From: the human T2T-CHM13v2.0 reference genome, Homo sapiens
Strand: one strand, 5' to 3'
DNA length: 64,000 nt
Assembly (NCBI RefSeq): GCF_009914755.1
Contig: NC_060927.1
A model generated the notes under the pieces. The model ran no database searches, had not been told where the DNA came from, and saw only the letters and a program-made list of their open reading frames with translations. The position numbers and the translations under genes are program-made. Below, one piece after another: positions 38,640-51,558 of the stretch (position 1 is the first letter of the stretch; each line of letters begins with the position of its first letter).

Positions 38640-39064
38640 CACATCCATTTCCCACCCTCCCCCAGCTCTGCTTTGTATATCAAGGAAGCTAACTCTGGGG
38701 GCTGCATCTCCCAGGTTCCTGGGTGAGCTGTCTTCTAGCTGCCTTTGTTCAACTGGAGGTGTTGGTGGGAAACTGGTGGCAGGACGAAGAGAGAAGTCGG
38801 AGGATTTCTCCCTGCACATCCATCCATTCTGCAGCAACACTTCATGCTCCAACTGCTACTGCACAGCCCGCTGTGAACCCTGAGTTCTAGGTGACCCTGG
38901 CCACTGGAATCTGGTGACATAACCCCACTTCCTCCCCTAGTCTCTACAGCCTAAGAGTGGCATGGTCTATCCCCTGCTTTCTTAACTCCCCCAATTCTCC
39001 ATGTTCAATTCCCTGTGTTGTAAATACTTGAAGGGGTATTTCTACCTAGACTCTGATTGAGACA
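38640..39064 (+). mobile_element. LTR33-like ERVL LTR
   Basis: 'ctgcatctcccaggttcct...caactggaggtgttggtggga...cagcctaagagtgg...aattccctgtgtt'. Confidence 0.5.
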
Positions 39065-39257
39065 GCAAGTTTGCCAAATACAGGTGAGGTTTCTGGTGAG
39101 GAGGGAAATGTACCCTTTGTAGAGAACAGGGAAGAAGGAAGGAACAACTAGAGGTCCTTGCCCTGAAGAACCTTCACTGGTCAACCCCCTATACCCCCCA
39201 CCTCCAAAAAACAGGGCAGGAATATGATGCAGAGGAGCTAGAATCAAAGGAGAGGGG

Positions 39258-39631
39258 TGCTATGGTGGGCATGCACTCCCCAAATCTTACATGTTGAAAC
39301 TAAATCATCAAGGTGATACTGATTTAACAGTATCACCGCCTTTAGGAGGTGATTAGGTCATGATGGATAAGTTTAGTGTCTTGTAAAATAGCTGGAGAGA
39401 GCAAGTCTGTTTCTTGCATCTCTCCCACCATGTGAAGACACAGCATTCTTCCTTCTGGAGGAAGCAGTACTCAGGGTGCCATCTTGGAAGCAGAGAGCTA
39501 TCACCAGACACCAAGCCTGTTGGTGCCTTAATTTCTACTTCCAAGCCTCCAGAAGTGTTAACAATAAATTTCTATCATTAAATTACCTAGCCTATATTAC
39601 TTTGTTATAGCATCACAAATGGACTAAGACA
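39258..39631 (+). mobile_element. MSTD-like MaLR solo LTR
   Basis: 'tgctatgg...ccaccatgtgaagacacagc...gccatcttggaagcagagag...ttgttatagcatcacaaatggactaagaca'. Confidence 0.8.
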
Positions 39632-39684
39632 GGGAGCAAGTACATCCAAAGCAGAACCATTACATCAATGGATTCACTGTAGAT

Positions 39685-39908
39685 CAGGGTTTCTCAACCT
39701 CAGCATTATTAACATCTTTGCCAAATAATTCCTTGTTATGCAGAGCTGCCCTGTGCATTGTAGGATGTTGAGCAGCATCCCTGGACTGTACTCATGAGAT
39801 GCTAGTAGCATACCACCCTGAACCGTGACAACCAAAAATGTCTCTAGACATTGCCAAATGTCCCCTGGGGAGCAGGTCACCCTCTCTCCCCCCGGTTGAA
39901 AACCACTG
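39685..39908. mobile_element. MER20
   Basis: TIRs cagggtttctcaacc / ggttgaaaaccactg; 'gtgacaaccaaaaatgtctctagacattgccaaatgtcccctgggg'. Confidence 0.9.
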
Positions 39909-40534
39909 CCCTAGACCCATTCAGCTTCAGGGTTCTTGAGCCCCTAGTAATTCTTCTGCTGCATTAGCCTTGTTGGAGTCCACAAAGTCAGCTTAGAAGA
40001 GAAATAAATAATTATTACCACATGCTCTACAAAGAAGTCGCAACTAGGCCAAGTGCTCAGAGCTGTCACCAGAAAGTATGGAGCCCCAACGAGTCCCCCT
40101 GCATGCTCCTCATCCTCTGCCTCTCTTTCTCCATTAATCTAGGTGAAATCACATAGAAGCCTGGCTTCAGAGGTAGAAGAATGAGGGCTGAAGCAGGGAC
40201 GGTCTTTCCTTTCTGTCTAAATTCCATGAGGTGGCTGGGAGTTTGGGCTGTTTGTGTAAGAGTCTCAAGTCGTTTAGGTACAATCCACTGTTTGAGGCTG
40301 CAGAGTCAAATGCACCTGTCACCTATTCAAAACCTAGTTCTGCACTTGAATGTCAATGGGCAAGTTCTTTAATCCCTGTGAGCCTGAGTTCATATCTGTT
40401 AAGTGGGGATAACTCTTTCCTTATTGATGTTTTCTGGGTACTAGGGGAATAGTTGTAAATTGCAAAACACACACACACACACACACACACATGCGCGCAC
40501 ACACACACACACACAAAGAGACACTCGCTAGATG

Positions 40535-40798
40535 AAAAGTTGGAAAACCATGGCCCACAGTCAGATCAGGCTCACCTAAGGTTGCCAGATTTACCAAATA
40601 AAATATTGGATTTGGCAACCCTACATGTTGGCCACCTGCCTTCATAAATGAAGTTTTATTGGATATTCCTATATCTGTTTACTTCTGTGTTGCCCACGGC
40701 TGTTCTTGCTACACAAGGCACAGTGCAGTAGACCATGCAGCCCTCAAGTCTCAACTCTTTAATATCTGGCCCTTTACAGGAAATATTTGCTAACCCCA
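40535..40798. mobile_element. MER58A containing a mini-MER53 (40577-40623)
   Basis: 'aaagttggaaaaccatggcccac...ataaatgaagttttattgga...tatctggccctttacagga'. Confidence 0.7.
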
Positions 40799-43362
40799 GC
40801 ACCACAGGGTCAGTGATGTTTATAACAGTGGTGTGATAGTGCCAGCTTTTAATGAGGCAGCGCCTCCTCTAAATGAGTAGGCAGCGTGGATATGATGGGA
40901 CTCTGCACCCAGTCAGGTGTCCTCGCTTCAAACCCTGGTTGTCCTGTGGAGCACTGGACAAGGCATTTAACCTTGTAGCACCTCAGTTTTCTCCTCTCTA
41001 AAATGCTGCACTATTGGAGTTGTCATAGGAAAGTAGAGTGCACTCAGGTTGATTGGTTGTTCTGGGTTTATCTGAAAAACCCAGAGAATCCTCTCATGGG
41101 GTCCTGGGAAAAACTGATCAATTAAATGCATATCAAAGGAACACCACAGTGCTAGGTACATGGTAAATACTTATCACATCCTAGCTTACTAAGGAAGTAC
41201 GATAGCTATTTCTATTACTACCATTACTTCTATTACTACTATTATTACTACCTCTGCTAATCCTTCCCAGCATTATTTGAAGATTAAATGAGATATGAAT
41301 ATAAATGGTCTGGCCCTAGTAAATGCTCAATAAATGCCACTTTTGCTCCCTTCTCCTCTACCCATTTTCTTGGGTCACTGCCCCTCTGTCCACAGCAGGG
41401 TCTTGTGTGCCAGCCAGCCCTGGCAGCTTTGCATGAAGAGTGCAATCTGGCAGGCTCTCCCACTCAGAACACAACCCTGGTGCCAACTCCCTGGGCCTTG
41501 TCTCCCCCAGGAGTTTCTCATTGCCTCACTCCCTGCACAACAGCACCACTTCCTTCAGTAGCCTTGTCTCCTTCTTTCACTCTCTCAATCACATCTCAGT
41601 TCCCCAAGTCACACACTTACAAAATCAGGGGAAGGGAAGAACTCATTCCTGCATCTTGGCCCCTTTCCTGGGATCTGGCTGAGAATCTTGTGCATATGAG
41701 GTGCTGGCAGAACCCCATAGAAGATTAGTGTGCTAATGGCCTCATAAAAATGAAACATTTATGGAGAGGGCTTTATTTCACTTTACCTCAGTTCCCCTCT
41801 TTTAATGAGGCTGGCTGAACCGTGGGAAGCCTTGGGAGGCAGACAGACAACACAGTTTCCAGTTCCAGACTCTGGTTGTGAGGAGTGAGAAAGAAGTTGT
41901 GTTCCCCATCAGGAGGATTGCAGGGCAAGGGGCAGGAGCTGAGGAGCACCAGGGGACAGAGGGTTGGGGTCTCTGGGAGGACTTCATCCTTGACCAAGGA
42001 CCCTTTATCTCCTCTGCAGAGTAGGAGTTCTTTCAAGAGAATAGCTAGAAGCGTTGGCCAGTCTGTCAGGCTCATGACTCATGTGCCCCTCACCAACAAT
42101 AGGTCCTTTGACCCACAGTGGATTCGTCTCAGCCAGTGATGAACATGACCCTCACCGGCCTTGGCTTCTAATCCTCACATGAGATGAGCTCACGGCTTGG
42201 CCAGAAACACTGGACTAAGTTCTGGCAACACAAGGCTCTTGAGAGAAGCACCTTGTTGCTGCCCAGCCCTCTTCTCCTCTCTTCACCCCTTGGCCCCAAA
42301 CTGCTTCCTCATCTCCTATCTGCCTCCTCTCCAAAATATAGCCTGGGTGGGTGGATCCCTGGCTTTGATATCAGGTAGATATGGGTTCAAATCCCACCTC
42401 TGCTGTCCAACCATGGACAAGCTCATCCTCCTCCCTGGGCGTCATTTCCTCATCTTTAAAATGGCAATGCGGCTGCTGATAACGCTGAAGACATAAAGCA
42501 ACAGGACTGAGAGACACTCACAGCAAGCATTTGATAAACACGGGCTGTTTCACGATGGCAGGATGACAGGGCTTCAGTGTTGCCTCACCTCTGGGCTGGG
42601 ACACTTACCAGGAGCTTAGCCTAAGGGACAGGATGAAGTCTTGGTAACGAGTGGTGCTTGAAGGATGTACTCAGCTTCCTCCCTACTGTATGCCACTGTC
42701 TTCCCTCCTCTTTGCCTCTACTTTAGAATTTAACAGCCACAGACACTGATTGAACACGTGCATATGTGAGGAGCTGAGGCAGACTCGATGCCTGTCCTCC
42801 AGGCTCTCCCGGTCTTTCACCTGCCTGCTGAAATGCTGGCTGGGATCGGGAGTCTATCATATGCAAAGATCTAGCTGGACATGATGCATCCCTAAATCCT
42901 GCCCATGCTGCTGACCCTCCACTTCATGAGGCTCTGAGAAAGATGCCTTCTCAAGAACAGCAGGAAAATGTTGGCTAAAGCAGGCAGGGGCTCCACCCCT
43001 CAAAGCAAAGAATGCTGGCAAACTAGGTCATTGCCCACAGAGAACTGCTTCTTCCTAAGCGGCTGGGCCTAATTATTGTCAGGTCTGCAGCAGGGCCCCA
43101 CCCCAGAGGCCCCCAGAGGCAGAAGCCCTAAGAGGCTTCCCCATCTCTGCCTAAGGCCATATCTGGAGCAGGGATCGAGGTGGAGTTGGTGGATCTGTGC
43201 CTCAGCTTCCTCACTGCTCCGTGCTGTGTCCTGTGCGGTGTCCCAGAGGTCCCCCATGGGATTGAGGCCATTGCCCCCAGCAGTCACCTGCTCATTAACT
43301 CACTCTGTATTGATTCCCTCCCTTCCCTCTTCACTTCCTCACTCCCCCACTGTGCCTGTTAG

Positions 43363-44159
43363 TGAAATGGGAGAAGTTCCCTTATCACCCTGGCAGGACA
43401 TGTGCGACAGGGCTGTGGCTCTCTTCTTCAGTGCCCCACTGCTCAAACCCCTAGGGGGAGCATGCAGATGGGCAGGTCGTGGGGAGCGTTTTTGGGCTTT
43501 AACCCAACAGCAGCGTCTAGGGTTGTTTACAGCTCCCAAAGCCCCAATGGGTGGGTGTTAAAGTGCGCTCTTTCAGCTTTGCCCTCTGCAGGCGGCTCGT
43601 GTTAATCAGCTCAATTAGACCCTCTGCCTTATCACAAGGACAGAGGGCTTTCTGTATCCCAGGTCTTGCTCTAGTGTACCAGAAAAATCAGATCACATGT
43701 GGGCTTGGGGATGGGTGCAAGGTTTTATTGAGTGGTGGAAGTAGCTCTCAGCAGATGGATGGGGAGCCAGAAAGGGGATGGAGTGGGAAGGTGGTCTTCT
43801 CCTGGAGGTGGACCTCCCAGCAGTTAGACTTTCCTCCGACCACCCCCTGCTGAATTCCACGTCGTCCCGCCATCAATGGCCTGCCAGCATCTGCTGGTGT
43901 CTGTCAGTATGCTCTTCCACTCCTCTGTTCCTCTCGACATCCAGTCACTTGTGTGTGTGTCCACTTAAGGTCTCTTGGGTTTATATGGGCACAGGATGGG
44001 GGGCGTGGCAGGCCATAGTGGTCTTGGAAAATGCAACATTTGGGCACCAAAACAGGAGTGCTTGTCCTCATTATGTCCATGGGCACAGGCCTGTGGGTGG
44101 AGCCTTCACCAGCACCCTACCCCTCTCTACCCAGCACTTTCCTGCCCCCTCCTGTATCA
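43363..44159 (-). mobile_element. ERV1 solo LTR (LTR27/LTR28-like) inserted in an LTR16-like element (~43030-44220)
   Basis: TG...CA ends 'tgaaatgggagaagttcc' / 'tacccagcactttcctgccccctcctgtatca'; perfect 4-bp TSD ttag; minus-strand AATAAA at 'ttttattgag'. Confidence 0.8.
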
Positions 44160-44229
44160 TTAGGATCACCTCCCACGTGAACTACTTGTACCCAAGCCCT
44201 TGCTGCAGGGTCTGTGGTTCATGCAGAGG

Positions 44230-44620
44230 CCACTCTTTAGAGAAGGGCCTTGTGGGGATATGGACAGCTGCAGCCTCAACTGTCAACTCCTTCAGAGGCA
44301 GCCTCAGCTGCAGAGGTCCTGACCTGAGGTCCTGCTTCACCCAGGCAGCTCACACCTAGTCACTGTGTAAGGCAGGGTGTAAAGGCCAGGCCATTTCAGC
44401 CCAGCAAGGGGACAGTGACAGGCGATGCCCACTCCCTGCTCCCTGCCCCTGCTGGTTGGCTGAGCCTGGGGCTTTGTCAGGCCTGTGCTACAGTCTGACT
44501 TCTCCCTTTTCCTGATCCTCTTTCCTTCCCCTTCCCTTCAGAAGACTTGATCCCTAATAAACATCTTGCACCCCAAACTCCATCTCAGAGTCTGCATTTG
44601 GGGAACCCTGCCCACAAGAT
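44230..44620 (+). mobile_element. LTR16A-like solo LTR
   Basis: 'gatccctaataaacatcttgcaccccaaactccatctcagagtctgcatttggggaaccc'. Confidence 0.7.
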
Positions 44621-45433
44621 TCCCCAAAGCAAACCTGCAACTCAGATCTTACCTCACAATGTAGGTGAGCAAGAGAGGAGAGCAGAAGCCAATGCAACTC
44701 CTTAGCTGGTGAAATGCAACCAGAGAAAGAGAGAGAGACAGCCCAATTCCTAGGTAAAAAGAAGGGAAGAAATGGGATTGAGGAGAGAGAAAGAGATGAC
44801 TGGGCCTCTTCCCACAGAACAACATTCTGGGACCATAACTCTCTGACCACAGGAAAGAGAGAAGCAGGAGAGAGAAAACCATCGATTTGCCTGGGCTTTT
44901 GAATGCAATGACCCTGCTACCTGAGGAATGGTGGCCCATGGAAATTCTTCCCTCACAGGTCCCCAGTTCCTCTGCCTTCCTCCCTTTGTCCAGGGAATGG
45001 TGCTCCTTCAGCCTGTAAGCAGCAGTTCTGCCAAACCTCATTAACCGGGTCCAGGGAATGAAATTCCACTCTGGCCTCTGCAGTGCAACACTCAGCCAAA
45101 TTCCCTCCAGAAGCAACTGCATGGCCAACAGAGGAACCTGACTCACTGGAATTTGCTTTCTCAACAATCGTTGCGTTATGAAGAGAATGCCAGGCTTAGC
45201 GGGGTAGCTGTGGGAGAGACAGAACTAGAGGGTGTCTGCCCTTGAGGGGCTCTAGAACCTAGCTGCAAACTGACATGGACCCAAAAAACTACAGAGCAAA
45301 GCAACAGATGAAAAGTGACACGTAAATAGTTTTTGAAAAAGAAATGCCTATGGGAAACATCTTCAGCTGAAGTAGTCAAGAAGCTTTCAGAAGGAGGAGG
45401 TATTTGAGCCAATCAAATATCAGCCCTCTAAGC

Positions 45434-45762
45434 CAGCGCTGTCCAATGGACACATTATGTGAACTATAATGTAAGCCACATATGTAACTTCAAATTTTTT
45501 ACTAGCCACACCAAAAAGGGTAAAAAGAAACAGGTGAAATTAGTTTTAATCCTACATTTTACCTGACCCCTGCATAATTCAAAATAGTATTAATGCAATA
45601 ATTTTAAAAAAGAATTAATTTGATATTTTGTGATGTTTTTTATGCTAAGTCTTTGAAATCCGGTGTGTATTTTACACTTATAGCACATCTTAGTTTAGAC
45701 CAGCCATATTTCAAATGCTTAATAGTCACGTGTGGTTACTGACTACCATACTGCTCAGTGAA
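45434..45762. mobile_element. MER33 (hAT-Charlie)
   Basis: 'cagcgctgtccaat...aaaagaaacaggtgaaatt...tctttgaaatccggtgtgtattttacacttatagcacatct'. Confidence 0.85.
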
Positions 45763-45886
45763 ACTCTATGTTCTTGTTAGTGAAAGTGTGCTCATGGATA
45801 GGGAGTCTCAGTTTATTAGAAATGCAGAACTTCAAGCCCTGGCCCAGACCTCCTGAATCACAATCTGCACTTTAACAAAAAATCCC

Positions 45887-46561
45887 TGTCAATCTGTTCG
45901 AGCTGCTGGAACAAAGTACCTTACACTGGGTAATGTATTAACAACAGAAATTTGTTGCTCACAGTTCTAGAAGCTGAGATGTCCAACATCAAGGCACCAG
46001 CGATTCAGTGTCTGATGAGGACCTGGTCTCTGCTTCATAGATGATACTTTGTTGCTGCACCCTCACATGGTGGAAGGGCACAGAGCACACTTGAGCCTTT
46101 GTTTTTTTTTTTTTTTTTTTGAGACAGAGTCTTGCTCTGTCACACAGGCTGGAGTGCAGTGGTGCAATCTCAGCTAACTGCAACCTCCACCTCCTGGGTT
46201 TAAGCAATCCCTGTGCCTCAGCCTCCTGAATAGCTGGGATTGCAGGCACCTACCACCGTGTCCGGCTAATTTTCGTATTTTTAATAGAGACGGGGTTTCA
46301 TCACGTTGGCCAGGCTGGTCTCGAACTCCTGACCTCAAGTGATCCGCCCATCTTGGCCTCCCAAAGTGCTGGGATTACAGGCTTGAGCCACCACACCCAG
46401 CACTTAAGACTTTTTTTTTATAAAGGCACTAATCTCATTCATGAGAGTGGAGCCCTCATGACCCAGTCACTTCCCAAGGGCCCACCATCTTAACACTATC
46501 ACATTGGTATTAGGTTCCAACATGTGAATATTAGGGGGACACTAGCATTCAGATCATAGCA
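45887..46561 (-). mobile_element. MSTD-like LTR (hosts an AluS; itself inside a MER5A remnant)
   Basis: TG...CA ends with perfect TSD atccc (45882-45886, 46562-46566). Confidence 0.8.
46098..46401 (-). mobile_element. AluS
   Basis: Full dimer; TSD cacttgagccttt/cacttaagacttt. Confidence 0.95.
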
Positions 46562-46746
46562 ATCCCCAAATGAGCTCATGCTAAAATTTGGGAAGCATAG
46601 CTCTAAGACTTTTCCCTCCTCTCCACACAACCAGCCAGTCAGTCACCCAGTCCTGTTAAGTTCAACTTTAAAATATCTTTTGGATACATCTCATTTGTTG
46701 CCTTGCCTCTGCCACCAACTTGATGTAAGCAACTACTTTCTCACCC

Positions 46747-47214
46747 TGTTATAGGTCAAAGTGCATCCTCTAAAAAGATGTTGAAGTTCCAACCCCCAGG
46801 AACTGTGAATGTGCTCTTCTCTGGAGATATGATCTTTCTTTACAGGTGATCAAGTTAAAATGAGGTCATTAGAGTGGGCCTTAATTCAGTACAACTGTGT
46901 TCTTATATAAAGGGAAAATTTGGACCCTGAGAGAGACACACACAGGAAGAAATGCCACATGAAGACGATGGCAGAGATCAGAGCAATGCAGCAGAAGCCA
47001 AAGAACACCAAAGATTGCCAGCAAACCACCCGGAGCTGGGAGAGAGGCGTGGAACCGATTCTCCCCCATGGCCCTAGGAAGGAATCGATCCTTCAGTCAC
47101 CTTGATTTCAGACTTCTAGCCTCCAGAACTGTAAGACAGTAAATTTGTGCGACTCCGAGCCACCCAGTGTATGGTACTTTATTCATGGTATGACAGTCCT
47201 AGCAGACTACTACG
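46747..47214 (+). mobile_element. MLT1C-like solo LTR within L2
   Basis: 'aagttaaaatgaggtcattagagtgggcc...aagccaaagaacaccaaagattgccagcaaaccacc...ttctagcctccagaactgtaagac'; TSD caccc/cactc. Confidence 0.85.
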
Positions 47215-47845
47215 CACTCAAGTCTCTGTAATAGCTCCCAACACCTCTTCCCTCTTCCACTAGTGCCAACCCTTACCCTGAAACTCTGACCCACAAGGGT
47301 GCTCCAATCACAACCAGAGGAACCTTCTCAAAATGAAAATGGGAGCAGATCACTCTCCCCCGCCGCCCTGCCCTTCCATCGCTCTGCATTTCATTTCTAA
47401 CCAACTCTCAGCTTTTAATACACGTTCCCTCACCTCTGATGATCTTTTCATTCCTCAACAGGCCAAGCTCTTTCCAGTTTTGGGCTCTGGCATATGCTGT
47501 TCCTTTCCCAGGAACGCCGATCCCTCTACATCCCAACTTGACTGCCTCTACTTATCTTCCAGGTGTCAATTCCTCAAGCAGCCTTTGTTGATCACCCAGC
47601 CCCCGGTATTCTCTCTCCTAACACATTCTCCTGTCCTTGATAAAGTGCCACTCAAAGTGTGGACCTGTTGCTGGGCCACCAACAGATTATTATGTGTCCA
47701 TGTCAAGATGCGGAATTTGAGTACTTAGAAACTTTTATTGCAGCTTGACATCACTGTGACATCTAAGCAAGTGATCAGGGAACTCCTCTCCTGATACAGG
47801 ATTTAGACCAGCTCAAATATTGCCCAACTCACATGGTACAAACTA

Positions 47846-48128
47846 CAATTGTCCCTTGGTATCTGTGGAAGATTGGATCCAGGACCCCCATGTATGCCAA
47901 AATCCATGCATACTTAAGTCCTGCGGTCAGCCCTAAGGAATCCAAGGATATGAAAACTTTGCCCTCCATGTATGTGGGTTTCACATCCTGCAAATTCTGT
48001 ATTTTCAATCCATGTTTGGTTGCAAATGTGGAACCTGCCCATACAGAGGGTCAATTGCAGTTACAATAAAAAATCTGGGCGTAAGTGGACCCGCACTGTT
48101 CAAACTCGTGTTGTTCATGGGTAAACTG
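47846..48128. mobile_element. MER2B-like Tigger MITE nested in a MER5C-like element (~47643-48220)
   Basis: TA TSD on both sides; 'caattgtcccttggtatctgtgg...taagtggacccgcactgttcaaactcgtgttgttcatgggtaaactg'. Confidence 0.75.
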
Positions 48129-49387
48129 TACACACAAATCATGCACAATAGGACCACGTATCTATCTGTGATCGATGAGAAATGGAAAACAACAGGTCCA
48201 CAGATATTAGAGAAGCACTGCTTCCTAAGAAACATCACCAGTAATTCTTTTAATTGGTTAGAGGATGTGTGTCTATTACCCACCCCTCCCACAGGGTGAG
48301 TTTCACCATGGTGGCAACTGTTCTACTCACCACTGATCTGTCCCCAGGACATCTCCCTGAGTCTGACACAGAGAAGTGTAATAAATACTTGATATGCGAA
48401 TGAGTGGACTGAATCATAGAAGGTAGGAATGGGGAGAGCATTCTAGGTGGACGAAGGGCCAGAAGCCAACATTTGAAGGTGAGAAACTGCACTGGCAAAC
48501 CAAACAAAGACTGCCTGCGATATTTTTAAAGCCCAGTGACTTCACATTGAGGAATTCCTCAAATCTTAACATGGGTCCAACAGGACAGATGGAGAATTCC
48601 AGAGGAATGGATAGATTCTTTCGATCTCTTGGGCTGCATTCTGTTTTCACAATTGTTTCTGGCAGAACCCTAAAGAAAAACACAAACCAGATGTACAGAG
48701 AAATATTTTCTTTGTCAAGAAGAAAAGAAAAAGTGGCTTATCCTGCTCTCACACTGCTGCCCTCAACATAGGCCAGATCTGCAACCTTTACTTTGAACAG
48801 CTTAAAGAGGCTCCAGAACTCTTCTCCAACCTCCCATATTTGGGGTAACCAGGAGGCCAGCCCTGGAGTGGCCACTGTCCCCGTGCTTGGGGCTCTCCAA
48901 GCTGGAGAAGCAGATGGAAATGTGATTTCTGCTTCTCCCCGAGGAAGGGTGAGCACTGTGGCTGCATAATGAGCCTGCAGCTTAATTGAAATAAATAAAG
49001 CTTATGCAAGCAGTTTGCGCAAGCTGCAGAGAACTGTTCATCCTTTCCTTGGATTCTCCGGAACAGACTGTCTCCCGCTAGGGTCTTGCTGGATCCTGGT
49101 GGGGCCTTGGCTCCCTGCCCCAGTTGCTAGTGACCCTGACCCAGAAGAGCCAGCTTCTGCCAAAAACAAGAAAGCAAGCCAAGTTTGCCTTCAGCAGCCC
49201 TGACAAACCTTGAAGCACCCCCCGTGCTCAAATACCTCATGACTGATTAGATGTCCCCACATCTGAGCTGTCACTCTCCTCTCCCATTACCATCAAAATG
49301 CATCCGTCTTGTCGGCCATTCCCAGCTGATGGGAGAACCTTGTCTGCAAGCATGTGATTAGGTATGCCAATGGGAGAACATGCCTTT

Positions 49388-49571
49388 TCACAGCTTCTCA
49401 AAGTGTGGGTCCTAGACAGCAGCATCAGTGTCATCTGGGAACTTGTAAGGATCAAAGTTTCTCAGGCACAACTTCAGACCTCTTGAATCACAAGCTCTAT
49501 GGGTGGGCCCAGCAGCTGTTTTAAGCAGCCTTCTGGTGATGCTGATGCACACTTAAGCTTAAGAACCACTG
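49388..49571. mobile_element. MER5A
   Basis: 'ttctcaaagtgtgggtcc...gcagcatcagtgtcatctgggaacttgt...gaaccactg'. Confidence 0.85.
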
Positions 49572-49849
49572 TGCTATTTATTACTGGTCCTTAGGTTCTC
49601 CCACCCAAACCCCTAAGGGGCCAGGCTGGAGAGCTAAAGGAAGAAACTCGAGAGTTCCTGTCCATCTAGGGAGGAGCTCCAGCCCTCTCCAAGCCACGGG
49701 AGTCAGGCAAAAGATGAGCCCAGTTTTACCAGATCTTTCCATTGTTCAAGAGTGGATTAAAATGTGGATTAAAAAAAAAAGTAGAATCTTCCAATTTTTA
49801 AACATTGCCTTGCTGTTTTTTTTTTTTTTAGACACAGTGCAGGCCTAGC

Positions 49850-50775
49850 CATCTCCATGAATGACAATTCCATCCAACCAGTTCTATGGGCCAAGAGTTA
49901 TTCTTGATTCAAACTTACTCTCACTCCTCACATCCTATCTGTTGGAACATCCTGTTGGTTTCACCTTCAAAATACATCCAGCATCCATCTACTGCTCCCC
50001 GCCTCCACTCATCCAAGGCCCTGGGTCAAGCCATCATCTCTTTCTTGGAAAATTGCAAAGCTTGCTGCCTGATCTTCCAGCCCTCACCCTTCGCCATTAC
50101 ACTTGCATCTCAAAGCAGCCAGAGCCATCCTTTAAAAATCTAAGTCAGGTCCTGTTCTGCCTCTGCTCAAACCCTGCAATGGCTACACACCCTGCTCAGC
50201 ATGAAAACCAAAATCCTGTGAGGCTGTCTGGGACCTAGTCTCACAGTTACTTCGCTGAACATCACCTCCTCTCTCCCTTGATCACTTGGTCCAGATGCAC
50301 TGAAATTCTTGCTGTTCCTCCACCAGGCAGGCACTCCTCTGCTCCCATCCCCCACCCTCGGTAGGGCGCTCACTCTGGCATTCCCACTGCCTAGAACATT
50401 TCTCCTCAGATGGCCTCATGGTGCCTAGAACATCCGTTCTTGGATGGCCTCATGGCTCCCTCCTCCAAGGATTTGTTCCAACATCTCTTTCTCCATGAAG
50501 CCCACCCTGGGAGCCCTACTTAATATCCCTTCTCTGGCACTCCCAAACTTCCTGGCCAGGGCTATTGATCTTGGCACTTAATCACAGAGCATACTATCTA
50601 CATGAATACGTACTTTCCTGTCTGCCTCCATCTGCTAGAGTTGAAGCTCCACAGGGGCAGGAACTTCTGTCTGATTGACTGATGGATCATTACCACCTAG
50701 ACCAGTACCTGGCATACAGCAGGTACTCAATAATTCAACTCAGTAGGTATTGAATGAATAAATGAATGAATGCAG
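49850..50775 (+). mobile_element. L2a 3' portion
   Basis: Ends 'aagctccacaggggcaggaacttctgtctg...cctagaccagtacctggcatacagcaggtactcaataa...tgaatgaataaatgaatgaatg'. Confidence 0.8.
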
Positions 50776-51074
50776 ACTAGATATTACCACCAAGCAGCTC
50801 TGTGTTTGTACTTCAACAGAAATTTCTGGAAGCTGTTGCTCCAAGCCCAGATCTAGACTCTACTCAGAGGAATTTCAGCCCCTGTTGCCAGCTGGCCAGA
50901 GGGAGACTGAAGGACAGGAAGTATTTCTGAGGCCCTTGAATCAAGAGCCACCTTCCTTTCCTGAATGTCACTTCAATCTTGCCCATGGTTCTAGATCACT
51001 GCTCATGCCTCAGGGGAGTTTTTCAGCCAAGAAAGAGGCTCCTTTGCAGCCTGAACAGTAACTACTCTTCAAGC

Positions 51075-51310
51075 CAAAGTTTCCCAAAGTATATTCTTTG
51101 CAATGCTGGTCCCAGGAGATGCTCCAAGAAAAATAAGCTCTAGAAACGTACACATTCTCTTTGTCCTTCTCGGAGCTCACAATACATCTTAGCATTGTAA
51201 AGGCTTCAAAAGGTCTGGTAGCAAATGCTTTATAGCTTTTGCTATAAACTTGTTCCCAAGTTCCTCAAATTTATTGGACCACACAACCCTTTCTCCAGGA
51301 AAACACCAAC
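51075..51310 (+). mobile_element. MER103C-like element
   Basis: 'tttcccaaagt...gagatgctcc...ggagctcacaatacatcttagcattgtaaaggct'. Confidence 0.55.
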
Positions 51311-51558
51311 TAACTCTCCAGGACACTAAGCCTCAGGCCAAACAGCATCATACTCTTCATCCTTTTGTGCGGCAAGGCTTTTCCTGTCTTACTATATCCC
51401 AAGACAGTGTATTCTATTCGTTTTTTTCTCCAGCTGGATACACATGATGGACTTGCTGAGATATGAGACTTCCTCATGATCACACTTCCCAGGTAGCCAT
51501 GTGCTTCTCTTTGTACTGCTGTCCCCAACCTACAATGTGCTGCCATTTCTTCCTTGCC

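Noticed and set aside
43778-44359. 193-aa ORF
   Set aside because: Lies across ERV1 and LTR16 LTR sequence with no recognisable protein motif.
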